This document shows positions 10,397 to 18,855 of a DNA stretch of 18,855 nucleotides, in pieces (within the stretch, counting starts at the first letter, position 1; every line of letters starts with the position of its first letter). The translations under genes were made by a program, and so were the position numbers. The notes under the pieces were generated by a model. It ran no database searches and was not told the DNA's origin. It was given only the letters and a program-made list of their open reading frames with translations. The DNA lies in contig CM119267.1 of the NCBI GenBank assembly GCA_051294375.1, positions 6,420,597 to 6,439,451 of the forward strand, given 5' to 3'. Origin of the DNA: Paraspadella gotoi (lineage: Eukaryota; Animalia; Chaetognatha).

Positions 10397-12090
10397 GTAT
10401 GAGTGGGGAATTGAAGGTACATTATGTAGCAGAATAATTTGGGGTTCATTTCAAATGAGATTAGAGTTCTTTAATCTCAATTACATATTGTAGAAGTTTA
10501 GATCATTTCTCATATCTTTTGATACAGTTAGACATTATACCTTTTAGAGAATTGACAAATTGTCAAAACGCTGATGAAGGCTTGTAAAGCAAGTCGAAAC
10601 ATGTCTGTTCAATTAAAATAAAATTCGTTGCAAACAATAACTTTGTCAATTCTCTAATCACGACTAACAACGAAAAAGAAATGATTACTTCAATATGACC
10701 TTATACCTGCAATCGAATTGTCATATGCTTGCAATTGAAGGCATAGTAAGCCCGTAATTGAAGGTACAATTAGGTTGCGAATAGGTACAACATAGTCGCT
10801 TGTTGATTGTTAATGTAAATGAAACTGTAAATGAAACTATTTAAAAATAACAAAATCTAGTTCATATTTTTTTGGTAATGAATAATTCGTAGAATTATTC
10901 ATTAACTTCAACAATCTTTTAAATTTTATAGTTTAGGATTTCGGATTCGCCACAATAGTCCATTTATTCTACTATTCTTCCATCGAAGGAATTCTCCAGC
11001 CTCGACTACAAGCAGCTCGTCCGCGGTGCCGACTTCGCAAGAGAAACCTTCGACTCTGCCCTTCGAGCCTTCGACGCCAGGCACGACTCAATGCAGAGTC
11101 AGGCCGACCGCCTGACGAGGACCTGCGCCGAGATGAAGTCCCGGAACGAGACGCTGTCGAGAGAGTTGGCGGCGCAGAGGAGAGACGGCGCCGCGGCGGC
11201 GGCTGCGGCGGCTGCGGCGAGAAGCGAACGAGAATCCGTCGAGCTAGAGTCGCTTCAGCGAGAAGAGGCGCTCCAACGAGAACTGAGCGAGGCTCGTCGC
11301 TCGCTGGAGTCGGAAAGAAGTCGGGCGAGTGAGTTGGAGAGAGAGCGAGACGACGGAGCGAGAGAGCGAGCGGATTTGGAAGGGAGGCTGCGGCGGGCGG
11401 AGGCGGAACTTGCGGCGGCTGCGGAGAACGTCGAGATGAGGAGGAAGAGAGAGGAGGAGGCGAAGGAGAAGACGGAGGAGATGAAAAGAAAAGTGGAGGA
11501 AAAGGAGGAAGAAAAGAGGAGAGTGGAAAGAGAAAAGGAGATTTTGGAGAGAAACGAGAAGGAGAAGGAAAGAGAATTGACAGGTAAGAAAGCGTTAACC
11601 TTATTCATTTTTATTTAAATTATTAATTATTATTCTCTCTCTCTCTCTCTCTCTCCAAGACCTCAACCAAAGGCTTGCGGATCTCGACGCAGCCTTTGCC
11701 GCCGAAGTATCTAGAAACTCAAAGACGATCCTCTGGCACACCCGTCGAAACGGTCGCAGAGACCTCGACGACTCCGCGGGACCGTCTAACGTTTCCGCGA
11801 CGGATCACGAACGACTGCGACGCTATCTCGTCTCCAAGCGACGAAAATGGAAGTTGTTGGAGGAGAAGGAAGCGGCGGCGCGTCGGACGATCGGGGATCT
11901 CCGCCCGAAGGTGGCCGCCTTGAAGGCCGAGTTGGTCGCCGAGCGGGAGAGAGTCTTGGCGCTGGAGAAGCTCAACGAGGTCTTGAAGGCGGAGGCGGAA
12001 GGGAAGGAGAGGGAGAGGAAGTTCCGGGACAGAAATTCTAATTTGAATTTTCAGAAAATTGATAATTTCGGGGAGATAGGAAGGCTATGA
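8810..12090 (+). CDS. Three-exon gene, join(8810..10396,10989..11583,11660..12090): 870-aa E/K/R-rich long coiled-coil protein of unknown family
   Basis: Three same-strand ORFs (8810..10402, 11091..11618, 11854..12090) join in frame. Donor AAG|GTATGA at 10396/10397 (phase 0) joins acceptor tattcttccatcgaAG| at 10988/10989, giving ...RQLK-EFSSLDYKQL... Donor CAG|GTAAGA at 11583/11584 (phase 1) joins acceptor (CT)n-ccaAG| at 11659/11660, giving ...RELT-D-LNQRLADLDAAF... Lengths 1587+595+431=2613 nt = 870 codons + stop, with no internal stop. Exons are GC/purine-rich, introns AT-rich. An additional upstream exon cannot be excluded. Confidence 0.85.
10543..10696 (+). mobile_element. Short Penelope-like retroelement terminal-repeat (pLTR) remnant / ribozyme-bearing insertion in intron 1
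   Basis: Contains the hammerhead core followed by AATAAA (10617-10622); 16-bp perfect inverted repeat 10544-10559/10642-10657; flanked by direct repeats GACATTATACCT (10531-10542) and GACCTTATACCT (10697-10708), 11/12 identical, as candidate TSD. No RT or GIY-YIG ORF is present, so the class is inferred from architecture. Confidence 0.6.
10558..10614 (+). ncRNA. Hammerhead ribozyme, type I topology, minimal Penelope-like variant (predicted cleavage after GUC, C10605)
   Basis: CUGAUGA 10571-10577; extra A 10578; stem II GGCUUG(10579-84)/CAAGUC(10590-95) with loop UAAAG; GAAA 10596-10599; stem III palindrome ACAUGU 10599-10604; C17 = 10605; stem I AACG(10567-70)/UGUU(10606-09), UCAA bulge, AAUUG(10558-62)/CAAUU(10610-14). 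Confidence 0.8.
10989..11583 (+). CDS. Exon 2 of the coiled-coil gene (EFSSLDYKQL...poly-Ala...KERELT)
   Basis: Frame of the 11091..11618 ORF is open back to the acceptor AG at 10987-10988; consensus donor CAG|GTAAGA at 11583/11584. Confidence 0.85.
11584..11659 (+). other. Intron 2 (76 nt, GT-AG, phase 1) with a (CT)n polypyrimidine tract
   Basis: GTAAGA start; (CT)~10 at 11635-11655 directly before cAAG. Confidence 0.85.
11660..12090 (+). CDS. Exon 3 (terminal coding exon) of the coiled-coil gene
   Basis: Frame of the 11854..12090 ORF is open back to acceptor AG 11658-11659 and is phase-compatible with exon 2; TGA at 12088-12090; ATTAAA at 12111 and AATAAA at 12297 downstream. Confidence 0.8.
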
Positions 12091-13058
12091 GCTGAGATTG
12101 AACTTATTAGATTAAATTGAATTTAAAATTTCATTATTTATTCAATCGTGCTTTCATTGAAATTGTTTTAGGATTTCTCCATAATTGGATTAAGTAAAAA
12201 GATTAACCTTTTGTTAGTTTAAGAAGTACAGAAAACTAATCAGCCACCTCGTGGTTCACGACATAATTTCAATGGTTAAACAAAAGGTTAATCCGTAATA
12301 AAGAAGAATATGTTTAAATTCTATTTTTTTCTAATAAAACTTTGATTAGAAATCAAGATTCCCTCACTATATAGTGAACCCTTCCTTATTTAAGCTTAAA
12401 AAGTCTGTAAGATGTACTGCTACTTTTATAATTGCATGTATAAAAAGTCGTTAAGTGAAATATTTTAGGAAGATAGCAATAAATAATAAATATTAGATTC
12501 TTTGTTTTCGAAAAGTTCTTAAATCAGTCGATTCTTTTGTACAAAGTGTCTTGAGGCGGCACGCTTCTATCCATTAAATTAAATTAAGTTAAAATAAATT
12601 TTCTCCCGTCCCTTCTTGTGGTTAAGAATGTTAATTAACGGGTTAGAACCCACTTAAAACTTGGCGCGTGGCTTAGTCCTTTTTATTTGAGTTCGATATT
12701 TCGGTTTACCTTTTTTTTATAAATTTCAAGACAGTTTTTTTTAGTTGGATTAAAATTTTTCATGTAAAAGTAGTTTTCTTATTTTGGTTTCATATTTATA
12801 TCGGAATTATTACAACATTAAATAATTTTGTGTAATTACTATTTTCGTCCATTATTTTCGAATTACCATCGAAAAGTATTTAGAGTTATTCATTCGCTCT
12901 CCGATTTCCATTACTAATTGGAATCTAACCCTTGCCAGTTCACAAAAAGCCACTCGAACTTCTTTCCTCTTCCTCTTCCTCATTTATATACTTTATCATG
13001 TTTTCTTCTTCCTCCTCAGTCGAATTCCTGTCATCGCAGCTTCTTATTTCGAGTTTCT

Positions 13059-13094
<36 letters not shown>
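13059..13094. repeat. (GTC)12 microsatellite
   Basis: Direct reading. Confidence 0.95.
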
Positions 13095-13095
<1 letters not shown>

Positions 13096-13537
13096 TCTTT
13101 TTCGTCGTCGCGTCTTGTCTCTTCGTTGTCTTTTCTATTTTGGAACTTTTGATTTTCTTTCTGCAAGAAAATGTTTTCTTTCTGCTTTTTACTTCTTTTA
13201 ATTCGATTAAAGAGTAAATAAATCTATAGCGCGTTTAAAAAAAAACAAAACAAAAATCGCTCGCCAAAATATTTTTTTAAAAAATACGTGGATTTATGTA
13301 TGACCGTCTCTATCAGTATCAGGAAGTTTTTTAAAGAAATCATTACTCGGTCGACGCAGAGGTAAGTTAAAATCATGTGTGAGTTATGTAGTTAATTGTG
13401 TGGAGGGGATATAAGCTCCTTCGTGAACTCGCGAGAATCGAGTGAGTAATTCAAGGCGATCTCACTGAGAAATGTTATTTTTAGCTAAAATTTTGGAAAA
13501 GAGCCTAATTAAAATATTTGAGCAAGGAAGAAAAATA

Positions 13538-13538
<1 letters not shown>

Positions 13539-13595
<57 letters not shown>
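13539..13595. repeat. Interrupted (GA)n microsatellite
   Basis: Direct reading. Confidence 0.95.
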
Positions 13596-13786
13596 TTAGT
13601 TAAAAAGGCTTGTGTCCGATTGGAGACAAAAAACGGAATTCTTTCAGTTTTCGCCTTTTAAGTTCGTGATTAATTTTTCTGGCAAATTTAAAGAGGGACA
13701 GATTAATTTGGGCATCTTTGACGTGGGTCTATCTGCGAGGGATCCTGGATTTCGGTTTTCTTTGTTGACCCGATTATTGAGAGAAC

Positions 13787-13850
13787 GAAATGAAAATGAC
13801 GTGAAATGAAATGAAACGAAACGAAATCAAATGAAATGAGACGGGATGAA
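13787..13850. repeat. Degenerate (GAAAT/GAAAC)n pentanucleotide repeat
   Basis: gtgaaatgaaatgaaacgaaacgaaatcaaatgaaatgag. Confidence 0.8.
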
Positions 13851-14125
13851 TTGCATGATGTGGAATACCGAGAAACAAAAATGATACTCGATAATTTACT
13901 TAAAGTAACTGACATGAGTAATGAGTTATACATTAGACTACCAGAGAATCAGCTCATCTTTGGAATATTCCAGTTGGCGACCTTGCACCATTGCGTGTCG
14001 TCGTTGGCGTCGCCAAAGCACCAGTAAGCAAGATACAGAGTCGATGATAGAAGCTGAAGAAAACGATTTCCGAATATTTTCATGTCCCGATGGAAAAAAA
14101 TCCTGACGTGGAATTTATTTTCCCT

Positions 14126-14235
<110 letters not shown>

Positions 14236-16122
14236 GGTCAGTCCGCTATGACCGTCTCGACCTCTTTTTTTTACCTTCGCCTCCGCTCGAACCCACTTTC
14301 TCTCCCGCTTCGGTTCTACTTCTCGAAATGACCGATGCCACTCGTTCGTTTGACCGATGCCATGTCCCTGTCTCCCGCGGAGTCTTTTGTCCGGTCCATT
14401 GCTGCGCCGCTGCCGCAGCAGTTGCCGCCGCCGCCGTTCGACTCACTCCAGTTCCCATGGACTCGTAGAATCTGGTTTTTCCCTTTTCAATTTCCGTCTG
14501 TCCATGGGTCCGTCTTGTCGGGTCGGTCGCCTCGGAGATTTTGCTGGCCGTAGTGGCGCCGTCGTTCGTTTGGATGTTGCGTCACGGGGCGTCGAGGGTC
14601 AAAATTTGGGGTCGTGGGAGAACCGAGCTATTAAGTATTTACAACTGTTATTTGGTCGATTGTTGACGTTGTTTTTGTTGGTGTTGTTGTTAATGTTCGT
14701 TTTTATTGTTCATCGTTAAACTTAATCAAATAAATAATATATAATGTTTTCATGAACTGTTTATATTATAAAAAAAGAACAATATCCTATTCCCATTCTT
14801 GTTTTCCATGACAGATGGAAAGTGGGAATCCATGCGACATCTTCATAATTCATGATTTACCCCCCTCCCCCCCAAAAAAAAATCTTTTTCCAAAGGTCGA
14901 AATTCCGCCGCCGAAAAAGAATAAAAAATAAGAATGAAAATAAAAGCGTTTTGAGTTTTTTTTTCTTTTCTAACCGTCGTCTTGTTTATAGATAGAAGCG
15001 TCGCCCCGAAGAATTCCTTTCGAATTTCGTGAACTTTTCAACGAAATTTACAAAAAGAAAAAAAAAACTGTTGTTTCGGATTTAAAGAACTAAAAAAAAA
15101 AATATCTGTAAAGAAAAAAAAAGAGTGACGCGTCTAGATTTTAATTTGAAAGAGAAAATAAACTGGAAAGAAGGATTTTGAAATATAATTGAGAAGAACT
15201 GGTCGGGGCGGAAGGGAAGATGACAAGCGAAGGGGAAAAAGAGAAAAAGAAAAAAAAATAGAGAAAATAAAATAAAATAAAATATTGGGTAACGAAAGGG
15301 AGGATGAGTTCGAAAAAAAAAAAGATTTGTTTGTTTTAGACAAAAGTGGCGAGTATTTTAACCAACTTAACTTATTTTCGACCTCATCTATCTCACCGAC
15401 TAAGTTCGTTGAGCTAATCTGTTAAATTTGGAGTCCGTGAAACTCAATGTGAACTATTCTTTCAAGAAGAGATGGAGAAAGAGTAAGAAGGGTTAATCCT
15501 CAATCTAAAAGGTTTACGAGAGTCTCTAAGATTGCGACATGTTTATTCAATGTCACAGATCTGTTGTAACCTAATCCCTCGTTTTAAAAAGATGGGAGAC
15601 GCTTAGGGCATTGAAGAAGATGAAGCTGCGGCAGGAACGGCAGCAGCTGGAGTTAGTAGGAGCAGCAGCAGCAGCAGCCTATAAAAAAAATGAAGTTAGG
15701 GATAACAATAAGCCTCACTGCGTAAATTGGCCTCATGAATTACGATGTTTTTACTCCATTATTCAAATTGACAAATTCTATAGTAGTCAAGAAATAACAA
15801 AGTTAAGCTAAGCTGTAAAAAAAGCTAAGAAAAATATCAAAGGATGCCGAAATTGCTCACCAAATAAATCCTCATAGTTTAGATTTTTTGGGTATTTTTG
15901 TCCCGGTTGTATTACAAATTTCCGTCGTTGGCAAAATCGTCTGGGAAAGACATTTAAAAACCAGTAGCCAATTAAAAAAAAAAAATCTTGTTTAAGAAAA
16001 ATAAACGATGACTTTTAAAAGTTTACAGTGAAAAAAAAAAATAGGGTAGGAAACTGGAGCAATTTTCTAAATTCGGCGCAAGTCCTTTGAAGTGCAGCTT
16101 TCTTCAACCCATCAAAGATGTT

Positions 16123-17030
16123 GACGATGACGACGACGACGACGAAGACAACGACGACGATGATGACGACGACGATGACGAGACAACGACGACGATTGAT
16201 GACGACGACCGAAAGACGAAGACAACGACGACGATGATGACGACGACGATGACGAAGGACAAGACGAACGATGCTACAAGAGACAGACGACGATGATGAC
16301 GGACGAAGACAACGACCGACGATGATGAGGCGACGACGAGACGGAAAGACACACGACGACGATTGATGACGACGACGAAGACGAAAGACCACGACCGAAC
16401 ATGATGAGCGACGACGATGACCGAAGACAACGGACGACGATGACTGACGACGACTAAGACTGAAGACAACACGACGATGATTACGACGACGATGACGACG
16501 AAGGACAACGACGACGATGATGACCACGAGACGAAGACAACGACGACGGATGATTGACGACGACAGAGGAGCCGAAGACAACGACGACGTATGATGAGCG
16601 AACGAGACGACGACGGACGATACGACGAAGCATACACGACTGGACGACGATGATGCACGAAGACAACGAGACGTGATGAGACCTATGGACGAGACAACGA
16701 GCCGATAGCATGACGGAAAACGGACGACTCGACGACTACGATGAGCATGGAAGACGCAGATACGACGACTGTATTGATGATATAGGGATCGAAGGACTGA
16801 TTCCGATAGAGCTGAAGACAACGACGACGATACGGCGCGTTAGTGACAGACGACGACCCTCAGAGACGACGACGACTGAACAGACGCTACGATGATGACG
16901 ATCTCGTACTGGAATGACGAAGACAACGTACGACGATTGATGACGATCGACGTATGACGAAGCAAACTGACCGACTGATGATGGACGACGACGAAGCACA
17001 GACACGACTGACGATGTTGACGACGACGAA
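16123..17030. repeat. ~0.9-kb degenerate tandem array, unit about GACGAAGACAACGACGACGATGATGACGACGACGAT (36 bp)
   Basis: Recurring GAAGACAACGACGACGATGATGAC anchor at roughly 36-bp spacing with many single-base indels. Confidence 0.85.
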
Positions 17031-17086
17031 TGAGTTTCCGGGATGAAGCATTAAATTTGATTCACACCGACGCTTCACCTTATTTA

Positions 17087-17108
17087 TCTCTCTCTCTCTT
17101 CTCTCTCT

Positions 17109-17169
<61 letters not shown>

Positions 17170-17172
17170 CTC
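17087..17172. repeat. Interrupted (CT)n microsatellite
   Basis: Direct reading. Confidence 0.95.
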
Positions 17173-18068
17173 CAGACTCGGCGGTGCGCTGGGCTTCGAA
17201 TCGCAGGCTATTCCCTCGTCTTTCTCCTCTCTCGGGTGGGCCTCTCTCTCCTGGCCCCACCCCAATCTTCCCCCCCCCTTCCCCCCCTTCCCCGCCACCA
17301 CTCCCCTTTATTTCCTCCTATTTAATTCCCCAGTTTCGGGTTTTTGGCAGAAATCAAATTCGCGCGGGAAATACGAATGATGAGAGAAAAGAGAGAGAGA
17401 AAAAAAAAAACAAAAAGACATTATATTCTTTTTTTTTTCCTATTTTCATTTTCCTCTCTCGATATCCGTCGCGACTAACAGGTTTTTGTTTATTTACTCC
17501 CGGCGAAATGATAATAGAGTCAAACGTTGGGAGAGAAAAATACCGCAAATGGGTTCGAACTCAAAATTGGGTTTTTGCCGAGTTGATTTCATTGCGAGGG
17601 GATCGTTGTGGATCGGTTGGCTTGAAATTCTTTTCGCTTAAAAAGACCAGACATAAGTCGCCAATTGAGAAAATAAGATGCCATGGCTGTCTAATGGTCA
17701 TCGGTCGAAAAGAAGCAAGAATTAATATTTTGATCAATCAGAATATTAACGGGTTCGATTATTCTCTTCAATTGAAGGAGGGAAGTTTACTTATACAGTG
17801 ACGTTTCAAATATGATTAAACGCCCGCCCTCCCTTTTTTTTTCAAAGTTTCAACTCAAAAATAATTATTGCAACGTCACTAACGTCCCGAAAACATTTAG
17901 TAAAAGAAATATTACAATTTCTCTCGACATTTCACCAAATTGGTTTTGTCTTTCTCGGACAGGTAAAGTTTAAAAAACTTAAAACGCTCGTCTTTATTAA
18001 GCTAATCCGATTCTGCCCTCCTTCCGAGAATTAGCAAGATGTTTGGATCTTTGAAAAATGATATTTTC

Positions 18069-18313
18069 NNNNNNNNNNNNNNNNNNNNNNNNNNNNNNNN
18101 NNNNNNNNNNNNNNNNNNNNNNNNNNNNNNNNNNNNNNNNNNNNNNNNNNNNNNNNNNNNNNNNNNNNNNNNNNNNNNNNNNNNNNNNNNNNNNNNNNNN
18201 NNNNNNNNNNNNNNNNNNNNNNNNNNNNNNNNNNNNNNNNNNNNNNNNNNNNNNNNNNNNNNNNNNNNNNNNNNNNNNNNNNNNNNNNNNNNNNNNNNNN
18301 NNNNNNNNNNNNN
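18069..18313. other. Assembly gap (245 N)
   Basis: Run of N. Confidence 1.
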
Positions 18314-18396
18314 GCGAAAGGAGAAAAAGGGAAGAAAGAGGAGAGTAGATTAAAATAAGAAAGTAAAAGTCATAATAAGCAAGAAAAAAGGAAAAT

Positions 18397-18535
18397 GAAA
18401 GAAAAGAAAGGAAAAGAAAAGAAAAGAAAAGAGAAGAAAAGAAAGGAAGTGGAAATGAGAAAAAAGAAAGAAAAGAAAAGAAAAGAAAAGAAGGTAGAGG
18501 AAATGAGAAAAAAGAAAAGAAAAGAAAAGAAAAGA
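18397..18535. repeat. (GAAAA)n pentanucleotide/purine-rich repeat with a duplicated GGAAATGAGAAAAAAGAAA block
   Basis: Direct reading. Confidence 0.85.
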
Positions 18536-18855
18536 ACAGACGACGACAACGACAACGACGCCTCGAAAAACCCCAGAGCAAAAAAATTGATTAGCAGAAA
18601 AAAAATCGAAATCTCGCGTTAGGAAATCTAAAGGTCGGGCGAAATCAAGATAGGGAAAAGGGTGGGAAAATGGATGCACTCTCGGGGGGTGGTAAGATTG
18701 ATAGGTGGGTGAATAAGGGTGGTTAGGGATAGGAAAGGGGTGAAGGGTGCGAAGACGTGAGAAGGAGTGATTGTGAAGTGAGCGGAAGTGAACTTTGATC
18801 GAGGAATGAGAGTGAGAGAGAAAAAAGGTAAGAAGCGACAATGTGATCGTCTTTG

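Larger units (their letters stand above)
10397..10988 (+). other. Intron 1 (592 nt, GT-AG, phase 0)
   Basis: GTATGA start, AT-rich body, pyrimidine tract catttattctactattcttcc before AAG. Confidence 0.8.

Noticed and set aside
9146-10449. Long minus-strand ORFs of 414 aa and 354 aa (and the 117-aa ORF at 11255..11608)
   Set aside because: Antisense shadows of the GAG/AAG/AGG-rich coiled-coil exons; S/L/F-rich with no independent gene signals
16015-17078. Overlapping ORFs of up to 268 aa
   Set aside because: Products of the GAC/GAT repeat, which lacks stops on the minus strand
17176-17215. GGGCTTCGAATCGCAGG, B-box-like
   Set aside because: Degenerate, no cloverleaf, and in a noisy low-complexity region
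17997-18581. ORFs spanning the 245-N gap
   Set aside because: Artefacts of translating N

Overview
AT-rich, microsatellite-dense eukaryotic genomic DNA (spliceosomal GT-AG introns, no obvious CpG depletion, probably an invertebrate; taxon not determinable) from a draft assembly with two N-gaps. The one well-supported gene is a three-exon + strand gene, join(8810..10396,10989..11583,11660..12090), encoding an 870-aa E/K/R-rich coiled-coil protein that I cannot assign to a family. Intron 1 of that gene carries the most interesting element. It is a ~155-bp insertion with candidate target-site duplications and a 16-bp perfect inverted repeat. It contains a complete sense-strand hammerhead ribozyme core (CUGAUGA...GAAAC-AU-GUC) of the minimal, palindromic-stem-III kind known from Penelope-like retroelements. 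A ~375-bp DINE-1/HINE-like non-autonomous Helentron candidate lies at ~5447-5820. The rest is (CT)n, (GAC)n and other simple repeats, short minisatellites, a noisy ~36-bp-unit array, a few hairpins and several weak candidate exons. Most ORFs in the six-frame track are repeat-derived or antisense shadows. No prokaryotic operon, CRISPR array, rRNA or intact tRNA was seen.
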